Below are positions 24,443-37,128 of a stretch of 64,000 nt of DNA, one piece after another. The stretch lies in NCBI RefSeq assembly GCF_035084215.1, contig NC_090340.1, forward strand, positions 5,084,001 to 5,148,000. The letters run 5' to 3'. A program made the translations under genes and the position numbers. Each line of letters opens with the position of its first letter. Positions within the stretch are counted from its first letter, which is position 1. The notes beneath the pieces were generated by a model. That model saw only the letters and a list, made by a program, of their open reading frames with translations, was not told the DNA's origin and searched no databases. Source of the DNA: Heptranchias perlo. Lineage: Eukaryota.

Positions 24443-25864
24443 CCTGAGCCAATTAATCACTCGGAGCGACAGACCGTGAACTGGCTGATGGTTTGTAAGA
24501 ACACTGAGGGGCCGGAGTATGAAATACGTCACAATGAAGCATGATACTGTCAATGGATTCAGAAAATGCCCTTTTTTGTCTGTTTGGTGAGTTTTGCTGA
24601 AACAATTGTACATTCGCCAGAAGAGGGGGCAGCTCGGAATTTGAAGTTTGTGTCGCTGGACCGGCCCAGCCACGGGACCTTCCAACCGAAGGAAAACTGT
24701 GAAGAAAAGGTTATGCACGAGTTCCGGAATTGGAGATTATAATGTACTGCGCCTAGTATTTCCACGGGAGTTTTCTGACGGCAGACCGGTGGAATCCCAA
24801 TGAAGATTGGCATCCTGGTGTAGAATTTCCTTTGAATTTATTCGCCAAACCTGCACAATCTTAGCAGGGAGCAGTAAAACGGAGAGGGGACAGGACGTCT
24901 TGAAACACCGGCCCTTGCCCGTCACTGTGATTATCCCAAGAAGTGGAGGAGATCAGAAGAATTACAGGCACCTTATTGGCGGAGGTAAGGAAATGACGTG
25001 TGTAACAGATGATATCACTCATCCCAAATCCGTTATTTATGCCTGGATTACCCCGTCTGACGCTGGAGTCGATACCTGCAGCAGGGCATCGAGGTAGAAG
25101 TAACCTTTTAAAATATGTTTTTGGTTCGACAAGAACTGCCAGTAAGTTGGTAATTTATGAATTGGAGCCGGCCTGCAATCTATCTATGTATAATCTTTGG
25201 GGTAGAAGGGAATGTTTTCCCTTAGATCTCATACAAGCTTCACTATGGGTTTCCCAATGGGGTTTGTTCTCCACAGTATCTTAACCGGGGTATCATAAGA
25301 TTAGGGGATGAGCATCACAGGGAACATAGTTCATTGGGCATCACAGGATGAGAATAAGGCCTAGGCCAATCCTCCCTCCAAAAAATCTCTCAAGAGATAT
25401 AAGCGGGGAGACTTCACTGACAAAAGAATCTCTGGTTGAGAAGCCAGACCTGAAACCAGCTTCCACCTCTAGCACATCACTTAGTCTCGGCGGGGTCATT
25501 ATCCATGGGACCAGGACAGTTGGCTCCACCACACAGGTTGACATGATGTTCTTCCCCCAAAAGATCAGTTCCCTCGACAGGAGAAGTTTCCTCTCCCTCA
25601 ATGTACAGATTTGGCTGATAACATGCACAGGATCCTACGTTTCAATGTGAGATATGCTAGAAGTTGTTACGATGATTCATCCATTAAAATTCGACTGTCC
25701 CTGACCGCTACTGGGAGCAAAAATACGTCAACGGATGGCTTGCAGGTGACAAAACCTACCTCCTGTTCTCATTGAAAACGATCCCATGAAGCGTGGCTTG
25801 AACAACAGCAGAGGAGCGCTACAACGAGACAAATACCACTGAATGATTTGTCATTGAAATGTCA

Positions 25865-26640
25865 ATCAGTGCTGTGGATAGTACACACTGCAGCTACAGT
25901 GAAGGGAGTGGATGCTTAAAATGGTGGATGGGCTGTGAATGAATTGGACTATTTTGCCCTGAATGGTGCGTAGTTTATTGAGTGTTGTTGCAGCTGCACC
26001 CATCCAGCGAAATGGAGAGTATAACATCAGGATCCTGCTTATGCATTCTCTGTAGTGTGGATTCAGGAGGTGAGCCATTCGCCACATAATACAGGGGCTC
26101 TGACCTGCACTAGTACCCACGGCTTTGATGTGGGTGGCCTTGTTGAGGGTTTGATCAATGGCGACCCCCGGGTGCTTATGGTGGCGGCCTCGGAGATGGG
26201 AATGCCATTGAATGTCAAGGCCAGGCGGTTAGGCTGTCTCTTGTTGGAGATGCCACTGACTAACATTTGTATGATGTAAATGTTACTTTCCACTTATGAG
26301 CTGAAACCTGGAGCTCTCACTGCGTGCTAGCGACGATTGTATCCTGAGATGAGGAATTTTAAATAGAGCTGCACACTGAACAATCATCAACCCCACTTAT
26401 GACCTTATAATGGAGGAAATGTCATTGTTGAAGCAGATGAAGATAGTTGGACCTAGGACTTTGCCCCGGGGACAAGATGATTCTCCTCCAAAAATCCCAA
26501 CCTTCTTTCTTTGTGTCAGCTATGACTCCAGCCGCTGGAGAGGTTTCCCCCTGATCCCCATTGATTTCAGTTTTATTAGGGCTCCTTGGTGCCGCACTCA
26601 GCAGAATGCATTTGCCGCCTTTATCATCTAGGTGATTAAC
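25865..26640 (-). mobile_element. Older diverged copy of the same CR1-group LINE RT region
   Basis: AAATTLNKLRTIQGK, ISNKRQPNRLALTFNGIPISE. Confidence 0.85.
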
Positions 26641-28039
26641 ACCTACCACTCTATTAATTGGCTGCATGCCTGCTGAAGAGGGAGGGAAATAGGGTTTCAC
26701 TGACGCCACTTAAAGGCAGCCAGCTCTTCTTAAAGGGAAAGTGCACTCTTCGCTGCAGAGAGCAATGAACGTTTCTGAAGAAAGAAGGGCATACACCAGG
26801 AAATGTAAGGTGCACTGGGCAGCTTGTCAGCGGGCTTGCATGCAAAGGGTCAGAACAAGGAGAAGTCTAACTCCAACTTATGTCAGGGCTGGATGCAGAG
26901 CATGGGTACCATCCTATTCAGCATTGGTTGAGTGTGAGCTCCATTAAGACCACAGTGGCAACCACCACGATGAAGCCATTGCTGACAGCTCTGACAGTCT
27001 CCATGGCAGCTCCCACTGCTGCTTTGAAGCTTACATGGTGCCATCTTGGCTGTGGGTGCAGTATTAACAGGGGCTTCAAGAATGTCACATCACTCCTGCA
27101 CTCAGTTCTCACGCAGAGCCATAGGAATGCTGAGGCATAATCCAGGAGACTGGACTTGGCTCTAAGGGGCAAGCATTTCTGTCCTCTCTGAGAATGACCA
27201 CATGCCCGCTCCCTCACCACCCACTCTGTCAGTGCCACACAGCAAACTGGGCCAGACTGCCGCGGCCCACGCTGAGATGCTGCTGTCTGCAGCCGTCCCT
27301 TCAGGCACAGAGATGCGTGAGATCGCTCACCCCGGCGATATGAAATGCTCACTATGGAAGCTCAGCAGACTTTCACCTCCCAAGCTGCAGGCACTGGGGA
27401 AACACCTCGTAGGGGCAATAGGACAGATGCACTAGCGCATGAGTTGGAACGAAGTGGTGGCATAAGGGCAATTCTTAACTATTCTTGTTAAATATAACGC
27501 ACAGATGGAATTAAGTTGTTGCATAATTTTTTTTCTGGATTTGAATTCTGCGTTAATATTTGTAGTGAAATGAGCGCAAGACCCATCAGGCTGGAGTGAA
27601 GGAAGGCAATCGGATGATGGAAGCAAGGACGATGGTGTTTAGGATTGTGGGATTTTTGGTTTTCTGGGGATGAGAGGGATGGTTCATGTGAAACGCTCTT
27701 GGATGAGCTGCTGTCTAAGAACTCTGGCATTTAGGGGCGCTGGTGGTTCATGTTGCTCTGTTCCTTCTCTACTTCATGCTGCTCATCGTCCGCCTCCTTC
27801 CGCTCCTGCTGAAACTTTTGCACCCAGGTGGTGGCAAGTGTTGGTCCCTCATTATAGTTAAGTTATGCAGCTTACACCAGATGCCCACAAATCTAGCACC
27901 CGGTTAGGATTGTACTGCAAAGCTCGTCCCACCAGTTCAAATAGTGGGAGCGTTGCTTGAGCTCGCCCACAGTCTGCTTAATGATATTTCCGGTAGTAGA
28001 ATCGTGCTCACTGCATGCCTGCTCTGTGGTTGTGCCCGG

Positions 28040-28400
28040 GTTCCTGACAGGAGTCACGAGTCCTGTTGAAGGTCCGGCATTTCGGATGAGGTGTCAAACC
28101 GAGGCCCCAACTGCCCGATCAGGTGGCCAAAAAAGATCCCAGGTACTATTGAGAAGAAGAGCAGGGGAGTTCTCCCCGGTTTCCTGGCAAATATTCATCC
28201 CAACCGACATCACTGACACAGATTATCTGATCTTTCATTTCATTGCTGTTCGTGGGATCTTGCTGTGCGGAAATAAGCTGTCCAATTCCCTACATCGGAA
28301 CAGTGACTACGCTTCAAGAGTTCTTCATTGGCTGTAAACCGCTTTGAGGCGGCCTGAGGTTGTGAAAGGAGCTATAAAAATGCCAGTCTTTGTTTTCTTT
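28040..28400 (+). mobile_element. Deu-domain SINE, 5'-truncated
   Basis: tttcggatgaggtgtcaaaccgaggcccc...gtgaaaggagctataaaaatgc. Confidence 0.8.
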
Positions 28401-28945
28401 CTCAACTGGGAACCAGCCACCTCACGTCCTGTGTATCAGCTGGGGCTACATCCTCACTACCACATCTGAATTAGCTGGTTGTATTTCATATTGATTCAGG
28501 CCTCACAGTGTAACTGCTGCTCCTTATCCTCATTCATATATAACAAATAGATCCATACAGATTCTGAAGGTAGTGGTATATCCGACAGATTTTTTTTTTT
28601 ACTCAAGAACAACACATTGAATACTACATGCAAGTTATAAGTCTATATGCACATAAGTAGAATACCCAACGGGGTGCTTGAGCTTACACCTCACCAGGCA
28701 GTCCGCAGTCTTGAGTCTCCACTTCTTCTAAAACTCACTGATATTTATACTTCTGATGGACAATTCCTAAGCAGGGTCAGGTGATTTCATTCGAACCTAT
28801 TGGGGTAGATCTTGACTTTGTGCGATATGAAAATAAATATTGGGAGAAAAGTAAAACGGGCTGCCCACTCGCTATCACTCGTTTCACTGTGTTGCGTGAT
28901 GTCAAGACCGACCCATTAACTGTAACACTCATGTGATATTTGGGG

Positions 28946-31035
28946 GCGAAGGGAGATTGAGACCATACAATGGCAACATGTTCCCGTAAAGGTCAAGGGT
29001 GGTTCCAAGAACTCCAGGCAACCTTGGATGTCAGGGGATATACGAGAATGGATTAGGAAAAAAAGGAGGGCTTTTGGCAGATACAAAAGGCTAAAGACGG
29101 AGGAAGCCCTAGAGGAGTACAAAAAGTGCAGGGGGATACTTAAAAAAGAAATTAGGAGATCAAGGAGGGGCCATGAAATAACACTGGCGAGCAAAATAAA
29201 GGAAAATCCGAAGATGTTTTATAAGTATATTAAGGGTAAGAGGATGACTAGGGAAAAAATAGGGCCCATTAGGGACAAAAATGGCAATCTGTGTGTGGAG
29301 CCGGCAGATGTAGGGGGGGTTCTAAATGAATTTTTTGCATCTGTTTTCACTATGGAGAAGGACGATCTAGACATAGAAATACGGCAGGGGGACTGTGATA
29401 TACTCGAACATCGAGCGGGAGGAGGTATTGGCGGTTTTAGCAGGCCTAAAAATGGATAAATACCCAGGCCCGGACGAAATGTATCCCAGGCTACTGTGTG
29501 AGGCAAAGGAGGAGATTGCGGGGGCTCTGACACATATATTCAGAACCTCTCTGGCCACAGGGGATGTGCCAGAGGACTGGAGAACCGCTAATGTAATACC
29601 ATTATTGAAGAAGGGGAGTAGGGAAAAACCGGGGAACAACAGGCCAGTGAGCCTAACATCAGTGGTAGGAAAATTATTGGAAAAAATTCTGAAGGACAAA
29701 ATTAGTCTCCACTTGGAGAAGCAAGGATTAATCAGGGATAGTCAACATGGCTTTGTCAAGGGAAGATCATGTCTGACTAATTTGATTGAATTTTTTGAGG
29801 GGGTGACTAGGCGTGTTGATGAGGGTAACGCAGTGGATGTGGTATACATGGATTTCAGTAAGGCCTTCGATAAAGTCCCCCACAGGAGACTGGTCAAGAA
29901 GGTACGAGCCCATGGAATCCAGGGTGCCTTGGCACTTTGGATACAAAACTGGCTTAGTGGCAGAAGGCAGAGGGTGATGGTCGAAGGTTCTTTTTGTGAC
30001 TGGAAGCCTGTGGCCAGTGGGGTACCACAGGGATCGGTGCTGGGTCCCTTGCTGTTTGTGGTCTACATTAATGACTTGGATATGAATGTGAAAGTTATGA
30101 TCAGTAAGTTCGCTGATGATACAAAGATTGGTAGGGTGGTAAATAGTGAGGAGGATAGCCTCAGTCTGCAGGACGATATAGATGGGTTGGTCAGATGGAC
30201 AGAACAGTGGCAAATGGAATTTAACCCGGAAAAGTGCGAGGTGATGCACTTTGGAGGGACTAACAAGGCAAGGGAATACACAATGAATGGGAGGACCCTA
30301 GGCAAGACAGAGGGTCAGAGGGATCTTGGTGTGCAAGTTCACAGATCCCTGAAGGCGGCGGAACAGGTAGATAAGGTGGTAAAGAAGGCATATGGGATAC
30401 TTGCCTTTATTAGCCGAGGCATAGAATATAAGAGCAAGGAGGTTATGATGGAGCTGTATAAAACACTGGTTAGGCCACAGCTGGAGTACTGTGTGCAGTT
30501 CTGGTCGCCACACTACAGGAAGGATGTGATCGCTTTGGAGAGGGTGCAGAGGAGATTCACCAGGATGTTACCAGGGCTGGAGCGCTTCAGCTATGAAGAG
30601 AGACTGGGAAGATTGGGTTTGTTTTCCTTGGAGCAGAGGAGGCTGAGGGGGGACATGATTGAGGTGTACAAAATTATGAGGGGCACAGATAGGATGGATA
30701 CTAAGGAGCTTTTTCCCTTCGTTGAGGGTTCTATAACAAGGGGACATAGATTCAAGGTAAAAGGCGGGAGGTTTAGAGGGGATTTGAGAAAGAACTTTTT
30801 CACCCAGAGGGTGGTTGGAGTCTGGAACTCACTGCCTGAAAGGGTTGTGGAGGCAGGAACCCTCACAACATTCAAGAAGCATTTGGATGAGCACTTGAAA
30901 TGCCATAGCATACAAGGCTACGGACCAAATGCTGGAATATGGGATTAGAGTCGACAGGGCTGATGGCCGGCGCGGACACGATGGGCCGAAGGGCCTCTAT
31001 CCGAGCTGTATGACTCTATGACTCTATGACTCTAT
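28946..31035 (+). mobile_element. Young 5'-truncated CR1 LINE with an open RT region (ORF 29395-30948, 517 aa)
   Basis: QHGFVKGRSCLTNL, YMDFSKAFDKVPH, GVPQGSVLGP, FADDTK; (GACTCTAT)n tail; one frameshift near 29410 separates it from upstream ORF2 sequence. Confidence 0.97.
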
Positions 31036-31282
31036 TACTAAACGACTCGGTGGCAATGTTGCGTCACATTAATTTCATATTGGGACGCGGAAGATATTTC
31101 AGCTGGAATGTAGATATCTTCATAAAAATCAGTTTCACATATGTTTACAGGAAAATAGCAACTTAAACCAAACATATTGGAGTTACTTCTAAATTTGGAC
31201 GATTGTGTCAAACGCGCGAGATCGGCTCGACCAACAGCGGAACACCTCTCCTGATTTTTCTTTCCATTTAAATACACGCGAT

Positions 31283-31661
31283 GGGTTTTTAACAGGTGGG
31301 AGGGGTGGTTAACGGGTGGGAGAAGTGCATAACGGATGTGATGGTGTTCAACGGGTTGGAGAGGTGTTTATCGAATGGGCGAGCTGTTTAAGCGGTGGTA
31401 GAGTTGTTTTAAGGGTGGGAACGAGGTTTAATGGGTAAGGGGTGTGTCTAAAGGGTGGTAGAGGTACATATCTGTTGGAATAGGTGTGTAATCGGTGTGA
31501 GAGGTATTTTACTTATAGGAGAGGCGTATAATGGGTGGAACAGATGTATAACGGGTGGGAGGGTGTTTAAAGGGTGCGGGAGGTGTTGACGGGGTGGGAA
31601 AGTATTTAAGGGGGAGCAGAGGTGTTTAACGGGAGGAAGAGGTGTGCAACGGTTGGAAGCA
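31283..31661 (+). repeat. 20-bp G-rich degenerate minisatellite, left part
   Basis: Consensus approximately TTTAACGGGTGGGAGAGGTG in tandem. Confidence 0.9.
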
Positions 31662-33777
31662 TAGTGATTATGTTACTGGACTAGTAATCCAGACGCCAGG
31701 ACTAATAATCCAGAGTCATGAGTTCAAATCAGGCCACGGCAGCTGGGGAATTTAAATTCAATTAATTAATTAAATAAAATCTGCAATTATAAAAATTACT
31801 ATCAATAATCGTGGCCATGAAACTACCGGATTGTCGTAAAAACCCATCTGGTTCACTAATGTCCTTTCGGGAAGGAAACCTGCCGTTCTTACTCGGTCTG
31901 GCGTATATGTGACTCCAGACCCACGGCAATGTGGTTGATTCTTAATTGCCCTCTGAAATGGCCTAACAAGCCACTCAGTTGTAAAATCTCGCTAGAAAAG
32001 GTCAGAATAAGAATAAAACCGGACGGACCATTGGGCACCAGACACGACAAAGGCAAACCAAGCCCAGTCGAACTTGCAAAGTCCTCCTCACGAACATGTG
32101 GGGACTTGTGCCAAAATTGGGATAGCTGTCCCACAGACTAGTCAAGCAACAGCCTGACATAGCCATACTCACAGAATCATACCTTTCAGCCAACGTCCCA
32201 GAATCTTCCATCACCTTCGCTGGATATGTCCTGTCCCACCAGCAGGACAGACCTACCAGAGGTGGCGATACAGTGATATACATTCAGGAGGCAGTGGCCC
32301 TGGGAGTCCTCAACATTGACTCTGGACCCCAGAAATATCATGGTATCAGGTCAAACATGGGCAAGGAAACCTCCTGCTGATTGCCACCTACCGTCCTCCC
32401 GCAGCTAATGAATCAGTCCTCCTCCATGTTGAGCACCACTTGGAGGAAGCACTGAGGGTAGCAATGGCACAGAATGTACTCTGGATGGGGGAGTTCAATG
32501 TCCATCATCAAGAGAGGCTAGGTAGCACCACTACTGACCGAGCTGGCTGAGTCCTGGAGAAATTAGATGCCAGACTGGGCCTGCAGCAGGTGGTGAGCGA
32601 ACCAACACGGGGGAATAAACCTACTTGACCTCGTCCTCACCTATCTACCTGTCCATGACATTATTGGTAGGAGTGACCACCACACAGTCCTCGTGGAGAT
32701 GAAGTCCCGTCTTCGCACTGAGGACACCATCCACCATGTTGTCTGGCACTATCACCATGCAAAATGGGATAGATTCAGAACAGATGTAGCAGCTCAAAGT
32801 GGGCATCTACGAGGCGCTGTGGACCATCAGCAGCAGCAGAAATGTATTCCAGCACAATCTGTAACCTCATGGCCCGGCATATTCCTCGCTGTACCATTAC
32901 CTACAAGCCAGGGGTTCAACCCTGGTTCAATGAGGAGTGTCGAGGAGCAAGCCAGGAGCAGCACCAGGCGTACCTAAAAATGAGGTGCCAACCTGATGAA
33001 GATACAACACAGGACTACATGCATGCTGAACAGTGGAAGCAACATGCTGTCGACAGAGCTGCGCAATTCCACAACCACGGATCAGATCAAAGCTATGCAG
33101 TATTGTCACATCCAGTCGTGAATGGTGGTGAACAATTAAACAACTAACGGGAGGAGAAGGTTCTGTAAACAACCCCATCCTCAATATTGGCGGAGTCCAG
33201 CACTTGAGTGCAAAAGACCAGGCTGAAGCGTTTGCAACCATCTTCAGCCAGAAGTGCCGAGTGGATGATCCAACTCGGTCTCCTGCCGATATCCCCACCA
33301 TCACAGAAGCCAGTCTTCAGCCAATTCGATTCACTCCACGTGATATCAAGAAACAGCTGAGTGCACTGGATACATAAAAGGTTGTGGACCCCGACAACAT
33401 CCCGGCTGTCGTGCTGAAGACTTGTGCTCCAGAACTAGCCTCGCCTCTAGCCAAACTGTTCCAATGCAGCTACAACACTGGTATCTAACCGACAATGTGG
33501 AAAATTGTCCAGGCATCTCCTGTCCACAAAAAGCAGGACAAATCCAATCCGGCAAATTACCGCCCCATCAATCAACTCTCAATCATCAGCAAAGTGATGG
33601 AAGGTGTCGCCGACAGTGCCATCAAGCGTCACTTACTCACCAATAACCCGCTCACCGATGTTCAGTTTGGGCTCAGCCAGGACCACTCGGCTCCAGACCT
33701 CATTACAGCCTTGGTCCAAACATGGACAAAAGAGCTGAATTCCAGAGGTGAGGTCCACATTCCATGAACGAATGAAA
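31662..33777 (+). mobile_element. tRNA-headed single-ORF CR1-group LINE copy with most of the RT deleted
   Basis: B-box GTTCAAATC at 31722-31730; APE motif NMWGLVPKLG*LSHRLVKQQPDIAILTES near 32095; RT start ...TWTKELNSRGEV joined directly to the family 3' end ccacattccatgaacgaatgaaaa; candidate TSD AAGCA at 31657-31661 and 33778-33782. Confidence 0.85.
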
Positions 33778-36700
33778 AAGCAGTATATAACGGATGCGGG
33801 ATGTGTTTAATGGGAGGAAGAGGCGTGAAAAGGTTGGAAGCAGTGTATTACGGATGGGAGAGGTGTTTTACGGATGAGTGACGTGATGAACGGGTGGGAG
33901 AGTTGTGTAAATGGTAGGAAAGGTATATACTGGATTGGTGAAGTATTTAACGTTTGAGAGAGGTGTGTACCGGGTGGGAAAGGTGCTTAACTGGTGGCAG
34001 AGGTGTTTAACCGGTGGTAGAAGTGTTTCACGGGAAGGAGAGAGAGAGAGGCTTGTAAAGAGTGGTAGAGATGTTTCTCAGGGGGGAGAGATGTATAAGA
34101 GATGGGAAAGATATTTAACGGGGAGGAGAGGTGTTTAACAGGTGAGAGGGTTGTTTGAAGGGTAGGAGTGATTTGTAGCGGGTGGGAGAGAAGGTTAACG
34201 GACGAGAGAGGCTTTTAACTGGTGGAAGAGACGTTTAACGGTTGGAAGAGGCGTGTAACGGATGACAGAGGCTTTTAACTTGTAGAGGAGGTGTTTATTG
34301 TGTGGGAGAAGTTGATAACGAATGGGTGAAGTGCTTAACTGGTATGAAAGGTGTGTAACGGTTGGGAGAGGTTTTTTATCGAGTGCCGGGTGTTTAATTC
34401 GTGCGCAAGTTATATGAGGGGGTGGAGAGGTGTTTAATGGGTGGAAGATGCGTGTCGCGAATAGGACAGGCTGTTTAACGGTGGGAGAAATGTTTAACGT
34501 GGCGGGGGTAGGTGTTAATGTGTGAGAGATGCTTTTAAGGGATAGAATATATGTTTAACGGTTAGAAGACTTGTGTACCGTGTGACAGAGGTGTATAACG
34601 GAAGCGAGGAATGTTTAACGGATGGGAGCGTTGTGTAACGGTTAGGAGAGCGGTTTAACGGGTGGGAGAGATGTTTAAGGGGTGGGAGAGATTTTTAAGC
34701 GGTGGGAGAGCTGTTTAACGGGAGGGATAGGATTTTGTAAGGGTGAGAGAGGTTGTTAACGGATGGGAGAGGTGTTTAACTGGTGGAAGAGGTTTGTAAC
34801 GGGTGGCAGAGGTATACAACGAATGCACGGGCTATTTAACGCATAGGAGAGCTGTTTAACGGATAGGACAGTTGTGTAACGGTTAGGAGAGCGGTTTAAC
34901 GCTTCATAGAGCTGTATAACGGGAGGGAGAGTTGTCTAACGCGTAGGTGAGGTTTATAAGCAGTGTGAGAGATGCTTAACGGATGGGAGAAATGTTTAAC
35001 GGATGGGGTCGATGTCTAATGAGTAGGAGAGGTATTTATGTGGTGGAGGAGGTGTGTAACGAATGTCTAATGTGTTAAACGGGTTGGAGAGGCTTTAATG
35101 GGTGGGGGTGTTTAGTGGGTGGGAGATGAGTGTAAGGGATAGGCGAGGCTACTTAACGGGTGGGATGAGTGTTCACCATAGTAGAGGTGTGTAACGGATG
35201 GAAGAAGTGGTTACCGAGTGCGGCCCGTTTTTTAAAGGTGTGGGGAAGTTATATAACGGGGAAGAGATGTGTTTAACCGATGGGCGTGGTGTTTAACGGT
35301 TGGGAGAGGTGTTTTAATGAGTGGGAGAGGGGTTTAACGGATAGGAGATGTGTGTATTGGCTGGTAAATATTTTTAACGAGTGCGGGGAGGTTTTTAAGT
35401 GGTGGGAAATTTAATTAAGGGGGAGGAGTTGAGTTAACGGGTGGGAGAGGTGCTTAGAGGGTTGGAGATATGTTTAACGGACAGGAGAGTGGTGTAATGA
35501 ACGGGAAAGGTGTTTAACAGCTGTGAGAGATTTTTAAAGGGAAGAGGTGTTTGTCGTGTGGGAGAGGTTTTTAACGGTTGGGAGAGATGTCAATCCGTTG
35601 GAAATGAGCAACGGGTGGGAGAGGTGTTTATGGGGTATGAGAATTGCGTAAGGGGTGGGAAATGTTTCTCACGGAGATGAGAGGTGATTAACGGGTGAGA
35701 GACGTGTTTAACGGGAGCGAGAGGTGTTTAATTGGTGGGAGAGGTGCCTAATTGGTGGGAGGGTTGTCTGTCGAATGGGAGAGGTGTTTATGCAGTGGAA
35801 AAGGTATGTAAGGGGGGGAGAGGTGTTTAACGGGGGGAGTGATGTTTTACGGGTGGGAGAAGTGTGTAACAGGTGGGAGAAGTGGTCAACGAGTGCGGGG
35901 GTGGGGTGTTTAAGGGGTGGGAAAGTTATTAATGAGGGAGGAATGGTGTTTGACGGGCGGGGGAGGAGTTTAATGGGTGGGAGAGGTATTTAGCCGGTGG
36001 GAGATATGCTTAACGGAAGAGAGAGACTTTTAACGGGTGGAAGACGCGTTTAACGGGTGGGAGAGTTGTGTAAAGGTTGGCAGAAGTGTGTAACGCATGG
36101 AAGCGACGTTTGATGCATGATAAAAGCTTTGAACGGGTGAAAGAGGTGTTTATTGGGTACGAGATATGTTTAACTGGTGGAAGAGGTGTGTAACGGGTGG
36201 GAGAGCTGCTCAAAAGGTGGGAGAGGTGTTTAACGGGTGGAAGAGGCGTGTAAAGCGTGGGAGTGGTGCTCAATGGGTGGGAAAGGTATTTAACCGGTGG
36301 AAGAGGAGTGTAACGGGTGGGAGTGGTCTTCAAAGGGTGGGAAAGATGTGTAACGGGTTGGAGAGGTGTTTAACGGGTGAGAGAGGTTTGCAACTGATGG
36401 AAGAGTTGCCTAACGCATGAGAGAAGCTTTTAACGGGTGGAAGAGGTGTTATGATGTGGGTGAGATGTTTAATGGGTGGGCGAGGTGTTTAGCATGTGCA
36501 GGAGGAGTTTAAGGGTTGGAAAATATATTTAACGGAAAGGAGAGGCGCGTAAGATGGGGCGGGGGGGAGTTGTTTATCGGGTCGGAGAGGTTTTTAAGCG
36601 GTCGATGAGATGTGTAATGGGCGAGAGAGGTGTTTAAAGGGTGAGAGGGGTTTCTAACGTGTGGGAGAGCTCTTTCGCTTGTGGGAGCGGGTTTTAACCG

Positions 36701-36778
36701 GTGTTATACGTACTTAAGGGTTTGTAGAGGTGTTTAAAGGGTGGGAGAGGTTTTTAACGGGTGGGAGAGGTGTTTAAT
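33778..36778 (+). repeat. 20-bp G-rich degenerate minisatellite, main array (~150 units)
   Basis: Continuous ~20-nt periodicity of tttaacgggtgggagaggtg variants. Confidence 0.95.
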
Positions 36779-37128
36779 ACATGGGCCAGCTGATATCACA
36801 CATTTTACACTATCGTCTCAAGACAAAATTATCCTCGATGTCTCCAAACTAGGCCACAATTCTTTACACGATCTCTTACCTTAACCTGACAACTCATCAT
36901 ATTTGTTTCTATTTGTACTGCAGAATCGCAACGTCCTAATCTAAACCACGTGTTAACCTCTATCACACAGAATACATTCTCACAATATACAGGTATTAAT
37001 ATTGACTTCTGTACTATTAATCTTTTCTCATTATTTGTCATCAGATGTTCTAAGCTTTATGTCGAATCACGCCCAAAGTATGCCTGTGGTGTCTACACTT
37101 CCCCTTTAATGTAGCCCTCTGTGCTAAC

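Larger units (their letters stand above)
31179..36836. mobile_element. MITE (GGGG...CCCC terminal family) split by the satellite
   Basis: Left arm ggagttacttctaaatttggacgattgtgtcaaacg (31179-31270), right arm cattttacactatcgtctcaagacaaaattatcctc (36780-36836); both absent from the 5' LTR. Confidence 0.6.

Noticed and set aside
25341-25650. Overlapping ~100-aa ORFs upstream of the receptor gene
   Set aside because: No domain motifs or splice support; probably decayed transposon sequence.
29395-30948. 517-aa ORF as a host gene or autonomous element
   Set aside because: It is the RT half of a 5'-truncated CR1, lacking the endonuclease and ORF1.
31662-31745. tRNA gene
   Set aside because: Truncated tRNA-like head of a retroelement, with no complete cloverleaf; the same applies to the SINE heads.
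36010-36420. Repetitive ORFs (TPLPPVK repeats and W/G-rich antisense frames)
   Set aside because: Translations of the 20-bp satellite, not genes.
33778-36778. Regular array as a possible CRISPR or telomeric repeat
   Set aside because: No unique spacers, no cas genes, eukaryotic context, and the unit is not TTAGGG.
36829-37041. Apparent paralogous ORFs shared with 45720-46000, first read as duplicated DNA-virus genes
   Set aside because: The duplicated blocks have TG...CA termini, PPT, PBS-like site and TSD, so LTRs explain them better; the frames contain stops.
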